From Phoronis australis (taxonomy: Eukaryota > Animalia > Phoronida), in the NCBI GenBank assembly GCA_002633005.1, contig NMRA01000051.1:258478-322477 (forward strand): a stretch of DNA of 64,000 nucleotides, read 5' to 3'. Each line of letters starts with the position of its first letter. Positions within the stretch are counted from its first letter, which is position 1. Under the pieces are notes generated by a model. That model worked only from the letters and a program-made list of their open reading frames with translations. It was not told the origin of the DNA and made no database searches. Below are positions 23,401 to 38,800 of this stretch, one piece after another. The position numbers and the translations under genes were made by a program.

Positions 23401-26400
23401 TTTTCCCGATTGGCTACCTCTTAAACCGCTGCAGTTGCCTTCAAGTTCTTTGGTGCACCTGCGTTCGTTGCAGTGTAAAAGGATCTGCAAGTTGGCAAAA
23501 ACCTGTGGCCGTTAACTCGCATATACATGTAGTTTATAGACTTCTACCGGACATCTGCTATTATTTCATGCCGCCCATATTCTTAGCTTGAGGGTCGGAT
23601 ATCCCTATGATTGTCTCCCTGTCTCGTTTTCGTCTATCGTTCTTCAAATTCCAAGAACTCCTGGCCTGTCTCGTTGACAGCTAACGTGACATCTCCCCAG
23701 CACATATCCTGGTATTCTTCACTCCATCTCATTCCGAATGAGACTGTGTTGAAAAAACACAAGGTGTTGCTTATTGCTTCAGGCGATTCCACAACAAGTT
23801 GTTTAGTTGCCCACAACTGATCAATTTCCTCGTCGGTGATCGATACAGCTCTGTCGGTTTTATTACCCCAAATATTTTGGCTTCAGTTCCTTTTATTTCG
23901 ATTTCAGTGCTTGTAAAACCTTCACAAACCCCAGATCATAGATTATCGAAAACTTATATCCATTTTTTTCAAAAAGCAATCGCAACTGGAAAGAAATAGC
24001 CTAAGGCATGTTGACTCTTAGTCTGAACCACCCGGCTTTCTGACGCTCACGACGAATCAACTGAGGATATTTCACGATTCCTGTGGTGGAATATCAGTCA
24101 CGTGTGTGTTGTCATTAAGTTCATGTTTCACAATTTTCACCAGAAGCTTGGTGTCGTAAATTGTCTTGCTCTGGGTAGCTTTATTTTTGTGTTTCACAGT
24201 CGACAAACTGACTTGACCCGTCAGTTGTTACAGTAAGACGTACGTTTTTCACTTTCAGCTAATTTTTCTTAGTTTGGCTTCATGAATGTTGAAAGAAAAG
24301 TCTGTTTTACAATGTTCAGAGAAAGCTTTCCTTTAATTACAGTTGCGACACCCTATTTGCCAATCATACCCTTGTCACCTTCACAGAATTCCGGCATTAT
24401 TTGGTTGTTGGTATTAGTGTTTTGTAGACGATAAAATGTAAGACGTATGGATTTCTGCTTTGCACTACTTTGTGATTCGCCCATGCAATACCGCAGAATT
24501 ACGTACTCGGAGTTATTAACCAGTCTTGTCGTAACACATTCCAGTTCACATGAGAAAACAAAAGAATTTATTTACCAGATACCAAACATATTTTCTTACA
24601 GTAGTTCATTTCAATTAAATAATCAAGACAAATTATGCTTCCAGCGACCGCCAAAAATATCACATAACAGACCAGGAAATGGCACCTGTAATTTACAGGT
24701 CTAGCATACTTAAATAATAAAACGTGGGTGGATTTTTTTCGTTCAAATAGAGATTGTAATTTTAATTTTGATGTCGATAACGATTCTGATAACACCATAG
24801 GTGCTGTGTTGTTTTTGACAATGCTCGGCGATCATACATGTACATGTATAAAGTATAGTCAAACGTTGTGGTTAGATGAATAGTTGAAGGTGCATTTCAC
24901 CCTCTTAAGCTGGCTAAATTGAGTTAGGACGAAATCCGTCACATGACATTCACTACCGTGATAGGACTCTATTTCATTTACCACCAAGGACGGCGAAACC
25001 ACCAGTGAATAAATAAAACAATTCAGGGTTTATTGGTGTTTACAACCCCTAAATTGCGAGTCGTAACACCGCCCATGCAACGCATCGTTTGTGATCGGAT
25101 AAGCGTGGTAATGTTTTTAAACACCAAAACTCCTCTGTTAAAGGAGCATGCCACCCAAAAATAAACCTAATTTGTATCAATTTAGATCGAGTAGTTCTAC
25201 TCCATGACGACACGTACGGTTGCGTTACCTCATGACACCTGACGACAGACGGAGGTGTTGAAATTTTCCAATGACGTCATCGGTTTCGCACGCAGTCTGT
25301 TCAGCAGTTCACAACACAGGTTACTAGTGTCAGCTTATCGCTTGAAGTCATCGTTTAACACCAATAAATAATCAAACTTCGATGTAAAACTCTTAAAAAT
25401 ACACCGAGTTCTTATAAAAACGTGTTGTTTTATTTCGCTCTTACGGATTTATTGGTATTTGGAGACACCGTAGCCTACAAAGTTCGGCAGGCCAATAAGG
25501 TCCGTAGCAGGAGCTTGGGGTCTGTTCGGAGATAATTTCGAAGTATTTTCCGTGAGATACAAACAGGATAACCTAGATCTATGTTGTTTAGACTTGTGAT
25601 TTTTTTAGTTCTAAACACAAAACGCTTGTTATCCCCGCCAGTGGCTCGGAAACTTATCAGACATCACGAACACAAACCATCCAAAGTTCAGTGGAAATTA
25701 AGCTTCCAGTCAAGAAATTTAGTGAGCCAAAGTAATGTGCACCTGATTATGTTGGTGAATTAGCCACGAAACTGCAAATGTACTTACTCGTCGGGGGCCG
25801 CGAATTCAGGTTCCGCTTTGGCCACAGCACCGTCAGGGCAGAAGTTGTACATTGACAATCATTATTTGAGTAATGTAAATGTAAATGAAGATTCCGCTAA
25901 CACCTGGCCCCGGGATGGAAATCGAGTTGTTTCACAACAGTTTCTGCCAGAAAACAGTAAATTAGCAAGAACTCACACGGCCTAGGTGTCCCGTTTTTTG
26001 CACCTAAAGCCGGTAACGCAGTGAATTATTCATTGCTGGCTTTTCAAATCATTTGCACTCACGAATACTCCAAAGGCATTACAAATCGCATCTAATGAGA
26101 CAGACTTTGTTTCAGTTTTATATAAGTATTGGTTAGGTTGAGAATAATTCATTTTGAAACAGAAAGCTCAGTAATAAACGCCAACAAGATGACAACTCGC
26201 AATCCCGACTTAGTAGGACGAGCTAGAGCTCATCAGTTCCGACTTCGCAGATGGATCGTTAAGTTTTACAGGCTATCAATTTAAACAGGAACACACTGAT
26301 GAAGAAATACTACTGAGAGAGGCGCCGTGAACAAGCTCAGACAACGGAACGTATGGAGTTATTTGGTAAGCCGGCATTCGTCAGGCAATGTCGACGTCTG

Positions 26401-26832
26401 CAGGCCACAGGCACGGAGATGTTTCACGGCCTCATACTTGCTATTTACAATCTACATTTCATTCTTCACAACTGCGATCCACTTCCTAAACATTTCGGAC
26501 TCTCGAGGAAGTCGAAAAAACGACATACCCGCTTTCCTCGCAATTGCATAGTTCGCACAAGCGGGAACGATGCACCGCAACATAGCGACATTCACTCTGC
26601 ATATGAACCACTGAGGTCGCTAGCGTCGTTTCTCACCTTCCTCACNNNNNNNNNNNNNNNNNNNNNNNNNNNNNNNNNNNNNNNNNNNNNNNNNNNNNNN
26701 NNNNNNNNNNNNNNNNNNNNNNNNNNNNNNNNNNNNNNNNNNNNNNNNNNNNNNNNNNNNNNNNNNNNNNNNNNNNNNNNNNNNNNNNNNNNNNNNNNNN
26801 NNNNNNNNNNNNNNNNNNNNNNNNNNNNNNNN

Positions 26833-26882
<50 letters not shown>

Positions 26883-29800
26883 AACTACTGCCTCACGTGG
26901 GTCTTGTAAAAACTGAGCAGAAAAATTCAATCACATTTACCCAAACAAAAAATGTATGGCATAGTGCCAGGAGTTTCATTATTTTCAACTTACTTTTGTA
27001 AACACAAGTAACATATGTGTTGCATTAGGTCATTGTACTTACTTAGCACTTTCAAATAAACTCCAGGTGATTTTAAACTGGTATTTTTTAAAGAGCATCT
27101 GTACGTGCCAGAGTCTTGTACTTGCAAAGCTGTGGACAAAGAACACGTGTTGTTATCGACAAAGGCAAGATATCATGAAGTCACTATGAGACGGACCTAT
27201 AAGTAACAGTAATAAGTCAGTAGGACCTAACTATTATTTGATTTGAGAAGCCATACAATATGGTTGTGGAATCAATGTGCAGCAATGGGTTGCATAGGGT
27301 TAAATAGCTCACTTACGAGTTTCCAGTTAGTCAATGTGACGTCACCGGAAGCCTAGGGCAAAACCCGAAATATTGTCCTTGCTTTGCCCCTAGTCTTTAC
27401 TACACACGCTAAATCTAACTGGGGTTCAGTAGTGAGAATTTTACGCTTAAAACGTTCACACAACTGACGAGATGGTAGATGGATCGTGGGCTAACTGTGA
27501 ATGGAAAAGGTGAACTTGTTATGTTGTGCGGAGCTGTGAACGGACTGAAAATGGAACTCGACCCGGGCTAGACCTAAGTGCCGCAGGCACACAGACCTTC
27601 GGTCTCGGTCGATAAGCGGGATATTACTTCATGTACATGTACGCCACTCTCGGCACGTTTTGTGTATACATGTATATTTATACCACGATATCAGCCTCGA
27701 ATAGCGAATATAACCGTGTAATAACCCATATAGTTATACAACGGCGTAGATAACAGTTTAGCGGGAAGAGTTTCGACATTTATGCGCTATGAAAAATAAG
27801 ACGCACAATATGAATAAACGACATCTTTAATTTAGTAAAAGTTATGTCATTTTCTCTTAATTGTACATCATCGATCTCCAGTTTAAATGCGAGTCGGGAT
27901 CCTTTGAATTGGACATTATATTCAGTAACCATTGATAACTTACTTTTGCGGACGATAATTTCTTGATGGAAGCTTAGAATGAAAAGATGCGAAGTAAGCT
28001 AGACTAGTTCATTAAAAATTATTTTACAGATTCACTTTATTTCTGTTTTGTTTCAATTTTTATTTGGTTTTAAGTAAAAACATTATTTTAAAACGAAAAA
28101 CTTGACGTTTCTTAAATGGTCACGACCTCCGTCCCCAGGCCTCTGACATGGAAAGTAGTTAAAAAAGCCGAGGCGAGTCGAGATTGGTAGATCGATTCAT
28201 TGCAATGTTCATCGCTCAGTATGTGGTACAACTAGATTATTACATGTTTTCAGTCGTTATCCTCCTTATCTAGAGCCCTCGTGAATTTTGTAGAATTAAT
28301 GCCCTCGGGGCTATCTCCAAAATCCACTCGGGCTCTAGATTACGGGGGATAAAGACTTCGCCATGTAATAATCTATATGTGTTTTTTGTTAATTCTTAAA
28401 AGTTAGAAACAAGATGAGCAATTCCTTAAACTTTCCTATTACATTTTAATTGATCTTCGATTTCTATTGTCAATTTTTACATCAAATTGCAAAATATGAA
28501 GCTTAGTGCGAATTTTGTTGAATACTCATAGCGTCACCTGTCACATTAAAGGAGACAATGCACATGTCACTGCCGTCTACGGACCGATCATCTCTCCATC
28601 CAAAGGTAAGGTCAATCTCATGGAAGTCACCTGTGTTGTCCTGCAATCAATAACGCCGATTTGCACAAAAATCCAATGAAATGACAATCGTCACTCATGG
28701 AAGCGAAATGTATATGTAAACAGAGGAAGGAGCAAATTAATTCATTTTAACAAAAACGGCATGTATTACTGCGACAAATCCAATTCTCTCCGTCACCTAG
28801 GTAGATATCCCTGTGACTTCACAAACAGGTTTGGGTGAATCTAAAGAATTGTAATCAACAAAAATGTTTGCGACTACTACTCGTCACATGTGCATTTGGC
28901 AAGGAAAGCAATCTACTTAAGTTATTTGGACTGTAGTTAACGATTGACAGAGCTGCCTGCCGACGAACGAACCTGTCCATGTAGCGATATAAGCGAGCCA
29001 CAAAATACCTACCTGGACTGTGTACCCATATAGCGACAGCACTTCTCACTCAGACATTAAACACTGGGCAACGTTACCATACCCCGGTAAGGTCTGCTCA
29101 CTCAGTCTGCCCGGAACTATCCCCATTCACATTATCATTATAGGCTTATCGCCCACTTGGCGGGTTTATTTGCTCCCATCTGGTACTGTGTGTTATACTT
29201 TAGCCCACTTGACAATTTGTATTGCCCATATGGCACTTAAGACTATTTATTTGGCATTTTGTTCGTGTCCATCTGGTAAGTAATCGGATAATAACCATCT
29301 GGTATCCTGTACCTATTCAATAGTCACTAGCAACGTACACATTCCTTTTGTCGCACCCATTTGATACCTAAATGCTTACTGGTGTTTCGTGGAACCCTGG
29401 ACCCATTTGGAAGCCGTGACCCAGAATTCGCCTCCAAATCACTTTAGTATGTGTTGTGTCATATTTTCCTTAACAGCAAATTGTTTTAAAGAAACAAGAC
29501 ACACATACTTCCCTTTCCGGAGCCAAAATTCCCCTACGCCTATGCTTGAAAGAAATGTCGCTTTTTATAATTCCTATGCAATGTTTCTTACTTATCCATA
29601 CCGCCGTAAAAATCCTGCAGGATCTGAACTTGCCCACCTGGTCACCACCGATAAGTCAGCACTTGCTTAAGATGTGTTTTGCTGAATGAATTTTTTATTG
29701 GTTTACTGTATTATATGCCTATGTGTGTATTTTCCATATACAACGCTATTTTATGTTCTTAATATTTTAAACTAAAGGCTCTTCATAATTTTGATATTTG

Positions 29801-32800
29801 ACAAATAAAATAGGCCCTGGTACTCGACGTCTCGCATACATACACTTCTGTACTTCTTTGGAGCACACGCTCGCTAGGTGTCGCCACGGTCCATGACACA
29901 ATAACAGCGGCGCCCAAGGTGTCTGGTCTTCCTATCGTCTTTAAACTCACCAAGCCTCAAAAGCCTAAACCGATCAGGGCCATCTTGAGGGTTGGAGGCG
30001 AGACTGGCTCGCCTGCAGATCAATCAGTGTCAACCTCACGTCTACTGTTTCATTTTTTCAATAAAATAATTTAATATTACAAAATCAAATAAAAGATCTT
30101 CGTACACACTGTGAATATCATAAAATTTATCAAATTGCATGGCGAAAATTGTGTATACCTTATAAACTATACTCGTGTTCACGAGATTACAACGTGTGGT
30201 CCTACTGTCGAGTGCTAAGTGAGTTTGATATTTTCTCTGTCAATAATCGAACATTTTTGGTTTGTATATGTTTTCGTTAGTTTCGACACTAGTTGAGAAA
30301 ATTCCCTATTTGAAACGTGAGATCGAAACTGCAATTAGAAACATCTCACAATTGAGTTGTTGGTATTTTTTGGCAGTTACACAAAGTAGCCCTAGAGAAG
30401 GAGACAGTGTTCCAGGGTATAAAATAGCTTTAGGGGAAGGGAATAGTGTGTAGGAAAATGGTTGGTCCTGGCGTGGGTAAAGAAATGTACTCTAAGAGAC
30501 GTGGAAAAATTTGCGTGAGAGAGAGAGGGAGATAGAGTGTCGAGCAATATATGTTTCTGGAATTGTAAATCTAACCGAGGTTTCTATTCTGATTCTCAAA
30601 GCCCATTCGCGAATAGCGGACACTGATTTCGTTTCTTGGAATGCCGAGTGTGTTTGTCCGGATCGAACATGTCTAATTATAGTGATGCTAACTGGATTTT
30701 AGTTATGGTAAATGATACTCGTTTCTGTCTTTGTCTGTTCCAGAATTATACATGTATACCGTTGTGATTCGTCAATTATTTTGGTCCGGTGTCTGACTCC
30801 AGCCTCTGCAAATGCTGCGGTCGTGACCTTGAGTGATTTGCGAGACATCTACATGTACATGTACATCCCATTTTGTACTATTGAGCATCGGGGTATATGT
30901 AGATAGCATGCATTCCACAAAATCGTGAATAAAATGGACAGATGGAAAGTAACTGCATTCACATTCATTATCATAGTCACAATTTGATGGTGAGGCTCAT
31001 ACTCAACATTTCCCTGACAACTACGCTCCCAACAATGGTACAGTACAATACACCTTTTCTTCATCAAATGCACTTACATGTTGGAGAATCCCTTATCAAA
31101 CCTTCGTTTTTGCGACGGATCAACGCACGATTATTCAAAATGAACTACATGTAAGCACAGCGTGAGCCCTGAGCTGCCATACCCATGTCCGACCCAGGAA
31201 CCTATGCCATTCCTGGGCAGTCAGAGTACTTTGGAAACGCAAAAACTGAATTATTGCCTGTCCGATTGCTGTTACTACCTCGTCCGCTTAAGCAACATTT
31301 CATAATAGTGAATCGAACTCAGTTTTCGAGACCCCTGACTACGGTTTGCGGCTGGTGTAGAATAACACAATGGTGGGGACCGGAGCCACTGATGTCGTTA
31401 CGCTTTTTTAATTCATTGATTTTATTTCTTGGTTAAAAGTACAAAAATCGAAAAAGAAATACTTAAAATGTTGTACTAAATTTGTTGGTAACTGAATTCA
31501 AGCATTTATGGACATAGCGTAAGTGGCTTAAGATGGGGTTGGATGTCCTAAGAATGTGAGTTGTGTGTCACAACTTTATTGGTGACTTTTCGTGATCCAA
31601 AATCAGAAGCTCAGTGTCATACAGGTACAACTGTGGTGACCATTAGAAGGCCAATTCAAAAATTATATATCAAACTCTTTTCAACATGAAAAATATGAAT
31701 TCGTTTTCACTTAATTTTGTTTTGTATGCAACTAGTTTTGTAAAGTGTTCCACAAAAACGAAGTGGAAAAAGCGACTTTTCAGTATCGTTTTAATGCGCC
31801 TAAATTTTGTGGTATTTCCAAGTCAATTCTAGAAGTATCAGGACGCTTAGTCGAGTGTCGTTTCCCTTTCAAACACAGAGAATCATTTCCCGGGTACCTT
31901 TTTACATAAGTGCTCTCCCTTAACCAAGTTTTAGGACACATGCAATTATAATTCATGCTTTAAAGAATACCAAAGAACACCATTAAACACTCCCCCGGTT
32001 AAAATCCTTTAAAATCAACGGCAGTAGATACTATGCAACAGCCTTACTCGTCTTTTTTCGATAGCAGTGGTGGTATCCGCACACTTTCTATCCCTGACGA
32101 TGCACTCGGAGGCTATAGTTTCGTATTTCCACTTGGTGATCACAGCTGTTTGCTCCTTCTGTTTTTCTTTCAGGAGTACTGGAACAAGTGTAATGCGCTC
32201 ATGCAGTAAAACGTGAGGGAAAATTGATTAGTCTTGCAGCGTTCTATATCTCCATATCTATTTCTACATCAATATCTATATATCAATCCATGGAATTACC
32301 GTGAAACTCAAAACAACGGGGTGAAAAATGCAATATCACTGCCACTTTCATCGTGTTAACGCTGTGCTGGTATTTGTCAGTCAAAAATTGCCTGTCTGTG
32401 CCTCAAGTCTACTGTTTTGTATTGTCAGATCTGTATCCAAATCAGTTCTGTCCAATACTCCGGTTTGTAAGGATGCCGTTGAGTGAAAGTGATACATTTA
32501 CAATAAAAACCTGTTGCAAGGAGAAAGGGATGACCGGAAGAAGAATCGTACGGTATAGGGTGGAGTCGTGTGACTGTAAATAGAGTAATTGCTAAACTAC
32601 TCAACACGGCGTGTGTTGCGCGTAAAAGTGGCAGTGGGAGACCCAAGACTGCACGTTCCAAAGTAAACGCTGCATGCTGTTATTGAACGGAAATCTTCTC
32701 CCGGATTGCTGGCGATTTTTTACTGAAAACAATTATTTATTTCAGCAAGATGGAGCTCCTTTACACACGATCAAAATAACCCAGGCTCATCTGGAGAAGG

Positions 32801-35800
32801 CAACACGAAAATCATCAAAAATGAGCGGCTCCGCTCAGTCCTGACTGCAATCTAAAGGACAGTGCCATATAGGACTGTCTGAAGGAGAAATTTTAATGGG
32901 TAATGAGAGGCAAATTGACTGATCATAGGAGGAAATCTCGATGGAAGAAATACAGAAAAGCATTTCTGGTTAAAAAAAAAACGGCTCCGTTTAGCCGTGG
33001 AGGAAGATGGAGGCCACATTGAGCATAGAGCAATACAAGCTAGCTTCCTTGTGACATTTTACTTTTTGACCTGATGTTTTTAATTTGACAGTACTTGCAC
33101 GATTGGGCACAGATCTCTTTGATATTTATACATCTGTTGGTGATATCATAAGGTTCATCTGTAACAAAGTTGAAAAAAAACAGTTAATCCGTTGCTAAAA
33201 AAATTTCTTGTCAAAAAGTGGCTCACTTTTTTGGGACACCTGGTATACATGTATGCATACATTGTATAACCATGTGTTGTATTTATGCAGATCCATGTTT
33301 ACGTACGCATGTGTATTTGTGAATGTACAGTGTATGTTTTTGAGTGTGTGTTGGTGTTTGTGCTTGTGTGCGTGTGTTAAAATGAGTGCTTGTGTGTTTG
33401 CGCGCGCGCGTGTGTGTGTCCTTCGTCTATTGTACATAAAATTTTATTTGAAGGGATCGTATAGTGAGTGACCGCTGAAAACCTGTTTGTCTTTTTTGCA
33501 GAAGTTGACGCATGTCAGAAGCATTTTGGGACCCAAGGATTTCACTCAATTATCTCGATTAATTCAGAAAACGTTACAGTTTGTAAGATATCGCTTTCTC
33601 TATGAAGAACTGAGGAAATTATTATATCTCACCTATACATATGAACACCAATAATATCAATAAATATGTTTGTCATAATGACCAGTGGTGAATTGCATGT
33701 ACATTGTACATTGAAAAATACCCGGCTGCTCGTTTCCTTATAGACAAGATGCTTTCATAGGTGTCACAGCGATGTTTTAACGTCGTTTAACGTAACGGCT
33801 GAAACAGCACGAATCTACTGAATAACAAAACACTAACTCAGGAAAGCGACCAAAATGTTCGCACCGGTTTTCTTGTAAATAACGTTTGATTGCAAATTCA
33901 TTTACTAGTTGAATTTTATAGATATGAAGACAAATTACCGGTCTGGACTGACTTGTTGACATAGATTAAACATAAACATGAAATATCCTTATATGATAAT
34001 GTGATAAGTGCAAAAACGTCAAATTGTGACAAAGTGAACTGCAAATAGTGACTGACGGAGCACAAAAACCCCAGGATACGCATTCAAATCCTTAAGAGCT
34101 TGTTCTGGAGATATTTGACAATCTTTTTAGCTGATACACTGTATCAAGGGAATTAAAATAGGCGTGTATTTTTACAATTTGCATATGAAGTACGGCATTT
34201 TGAACCGTCACATTACAATTCAATAGAAATGACTTTGAGCTACAAAGTAATATAAAATTATATATGTAGTTTGAATAGTTTTTTGATATGTGTATTTAAA
34301 AGTGGCCAGGTACGCTAATTAGTGCAAACTTAGTTAAATCATAAATCGGTCTCCAATCTCCGTACTCAGACTCGAATCATGCTCAAACTCACACTTCATA
34401 CTCAACTCGAGTACAGACTCAGCTTTGGTGTATTCAATGTCATACTCGAAAAATCTGTACTCGAAATTTCGAGCACGTACTCAGTTTTCGAGTGTACTCG
34501 AACTGAAGTGTATCTCATCTATATTTCGAGTACGATTTTGAGTAAAAATTCCGAGTCTATGCTCAAATTTCAAGTTTGGTATGGCAGTGTGCTTGAAATC
34601 GTACTCGAAAATAAATACGAGCCAGAGAACAAAATATTGAAAGGGAACCCAGAAACACAGCAAGTCTAAAAAAATAAGTCCTCTTACCGTATCTCAGCAC
34701 TTCAATTTCAGTTCAGAGATAATAGTTTTCATCTTAAATCTTCTTATTCTGCACCTTATTAACCCGTCGTATCACTGTATGTTATGCCCGCCATTCTACC
34801 TCTACAATACAATTCCTGGCAACAGGCGCATTGTAATCCCTTAGTCGGCGAGTCATAACAAGCGTCGAAAGCAGTTGTGGGAAAAGTCGTGTGAGAAGTT
34901 TGTGCTGCCCTTATTTCGGTATGTGTGCCTACGTTTTGTAGGGTTTCCGAAAGACGAGGAGGGGAGGGAAGTTAAAAAAGTTCGCTTCCCTGTCAGGTAC
35001 ATTTCTCATCATAGCTTAGTCATCTATAATTCCTCAATCCCCAAATGGAATACCAGATTTTGTTAGCCGATTTCTAAGTAGACTTCTCGTCCCGTTCACT
35101 GCCACTGGTGAACTCTGAATGCCCGCACAAGTATTGTTTTTTAACTCACGTGCCAAATGTCAACTCACTTGATACATCCCGGTAAAATACACGATACAGT
35201 ATCAAAGTTTGACATCAGCGTAGGCCTACACAGCACTGGGTTTTATGTCAAAGTAAATTAGCAACAGAGATGTGATGTGATAAGCTGTTACAAATTTCTT
35301 AAGACATTTTCGGGACTGGGTGAGGAACTCAAGAAGTAAAGCTTAATAATTGCCAAATGTATCAAAGAAATGACATAAGAATATTTATTGAAACTAAAAA
35401 ATGAATAACAGTTACAGAACATTCAGAATTCCACGTTATAGACATAATCTTGTAGTTGTCGCGACAGCAGACTATAATGTAGGCCTAGTTCCTGAGGTGG
35501 TCTATTCCAATAGGGAGCGATGAATCAGCGCGTCTTTGCGTGATTTTGCATTTCACATCATAAAGAGTTCCATATCAACTCGAAAATGAGTGTCAGATTT
35601 GAGTACGTTTGGAGTCTACTCGAAATACGACATTAGATACGCCTTTTTGAGTACGACTCCAGTGAGCACGATTTTGAGTATGAAATCTCGAGTATGAGTA
35701 TTGAGTCTGAGTACGGAGATTGGAGACCGGGCCCAGGCACAAAAAAGATTTGTTTAAAGTTATGGTGTCGAACAAATCACAAATTTCATAGAAAATCAGA

Positions 35801-38800
35801 GACATACATATCGGGCCAAAAGGACCTCGGAGAAGCAATGTTATGTTCGACACTTAGCCTAGAGCTCTTCCGCAGTCCAAATAACCTGATATCACTTTCG
35901 GGATATGTTTATATTTATACAATGTAGACTGAGACGCTGGGTAATCAAAACCACCACAGTGTAAATATATTGTAATACTTACCACGAGGAGGTTTCTTGC
36001 ACACATACTTCTCTTTGATTTCGACTTCCACTTCTTCATAACTGAAAGTGGTATTATTCGCTACCAAAATTGACAAAGCCGTCATATTGTCTGAGTCAAT
36101 CTTCTCTTTCACATCCTCAACGCACGGGAATTTACATGAATTCGGTTTGTTCGCGAAATAAGTTGCGTTTTCTCCAAACCTGACCAGCCCGGTTAGGTAT
36201 CTCTGTCCATTTTGCCTGTAAAACAACACAGTAGGAAAGTATGAGCCTATCCCAACCTTAGAACAACATTATATCGACACAAATCCACAATTCGTACATT
36301 AACGTAACTCACTTATACATTGATAATTAACATGCGATGTTGTATTCTTTGGAGAGTAGATAGGTAGCACTCGTTTATCTATTTTAAATAAAGTTTAAGA
36401 TTTCTTTATTTATCAATTGAAATATTGAATTCGTATGTGAGGCTTGGGCTAATAGGCTCTGTCTCAAGTAGCATTTGTGCTCTTTCAAATTGTCACCTGT
36501 GTAGTTACAAGGGTTTTGAACTTCGAGGGTAAATTTTCAATCACTTTTGGGGAATTTTTAGGCCTCGTAAGGGGAATTTCGCGTGGTTTTTAAATATCTT
36601 TTTGAGAGAGGAATAACACCAATAATAGGCCTCAAAATAGAGGTATTTAGGGTCCTGTCCTTTTTGGAAACAAATGCATCATTTCTAAGCCCGTACTCAT
36701 GAAAACACAGCCTGGCTGGCGAAAGATTCACCAGTCGTTGCCAGCACTGATGCTCGGCAACCAAGATAAGACATAATACGCTGTGTAATCAAACTTTTCG
36801 AAAGCATTTATAAAGTTTACCCTGAAATATTTTCCTTTGTCGCGGCGTATGACAACGACCCAACGCTTCCGAATTTCAACGTCCTTAGGGATTGTAAAAA
36901 AGGACAATTAAATGTCCGAATTTTTCCTATCGCCGTTCGAGCAACGCGGAACACAACTATATGCAGATAAGCCTATAACGGAGGTTGTGTGGTGAACCTC
37001 GTTTTAGAGCGCTCTTCTTGTCTGCATGAATTAGGCGTATAACTCGTCTACTTCATTTCCTCGTTTCAAAAAAAGACATGCTCAACAGCAAGTGAGCGCC
37101 AGGTCTGCAAAATTGGCTTTGTTGAACAAGAGCTAGGTTTTAAAAAAGCGCCGGTTTGGAATAATAAATTTTTGTGAAAAATAGGAGCACGGGCGCTAAT
37201 ACATGTACGTGATATTTGGGAATTCAAGGAATTGGTAGGACTTTCAAGCTTCACATTTTCTTGGTGCGCTGAATCAGGTTCAGTCCTCAAATGACTCTCG
37301 TTATGTTTCAACGGATCATATTGAAACGTGTTAAAAGGAAACTAACATGGGCGGCGCACCATAGGGACCATTTATTTTCAGTGCTGCGCCGCTCTTGACT
37401 AAACCCTGTTTTGATGGTTTCAACCAATTCTCGTTCTGTCAAATGCTATCATCGGAGTCAATCTTACAACTTAAAGGCAGGATTCAACTAAAAACTCTCA
37501 CTCCGTAAGTCACAGACTGGACATTATTGTCTTTGGAGGTGGTCTTTTCCCACAAATTCGATGTGATTCGCTGAGTTCGTACAGTAAGCCAAGCTTGCCC
37601 ATTTAGCAGACTTTGACATCAAATTTCAAATTTTCCTTTTGAGAGTTGTCGAGGGTTACATCTTACAGAGCGTTATTTTGTGTCAGAGAACTGGATGAGA
37701 AAGTCGTTTTAGTATCTGTAGCAAGGCATTACCAGGCCTGGTAATTTCATCCTGGCATTTCTTGATAGGCCCAAACCGGGTTTGGTGTTCTTTTAACTTT
37801 TTATCAAGCCCTTGTTAACTACAGTGCTGTGCCCGTTCCTGAAAACTGACTTAAAGGAGAATGCCACCCAAAAACAACACATTTTGTATCAATTTAGATC
37901 GAGTAGTTCCACTCGAAAACAGCAAGTACAGCTCTTTTACCTGACACCTGACGACAGACGGAGGTGTTGAAATTAACCAATGAGGTCAGAGGTTCGAATG
38001 CAGTCTGTTCAACAGTTCACAACACGCTTACTGGTGTCAGGTTTTCGCTTGAATTTATCGTTTTTTTGCCAATAAATCTCCAAAAGTCGATGTAAAACCC
38101 TTGCACATACTTCGAGTTATGGAACAAATGTGTTATTTCATTTCGCTGTTACCCATTCTTATGTAGGTATTTCAACGTACCTACAAAGTTCGATAGACCA
38201 ATTTATCAAGGTCGTTCGCGGGAGTTTGGGGTGTGTTCAGTGGTAAATTCAAATTATTCGTTCGTGTAATAGAAACAGAAGAACTTACATGTAGCTTCGT
38301 GTTGTAATTTTAGACTTGCGTCATTTTCAGTTCTAAACACAAAACGCTTGCCATCCCGGCCAGTGGCTCGAAACCCGATCAGGCTTATCGCTGCCGGACT
38401 GAAGTCATCACATGACGAACATAAACTAGCCAAAGTCGGATACTTAACTTCCAGTCACGCAAAGACTATAATAGTGAGCCAAAGACAAGTGTTCACCTGA
38501 TTATTTTCGTCAACTAGCCGAGAAACTGCAAATCTACTCACCAGCTTGCCGGGGGCCGTGAAGTCAGGTTACCCTTCTCAAAGAATCCTCACTCAGGGCA
38601 AAACTTGGACAGTAACAACGATTCGAATACAGTGTAATTTATATGAATATCTAAATAAAGATTCCCCTAACATCTGACCATAGGATATGAAATCGAGTTA
38701 TTTTTTTCACAAGCGCTTTCTGTCAGTAAACACTGAATAAGCATGCGCTCACACGGTCTCGGTGCACGTCAACTATACAGGTAGTTTATGCATCTCAGTA

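Noticed and set aside
33195-33471. His/Thr-rich and Cys/Val-rich ORFs (also 23060-23305)
   Set aside because: Translations of degenerate (TG)n/(CA)n sequence.
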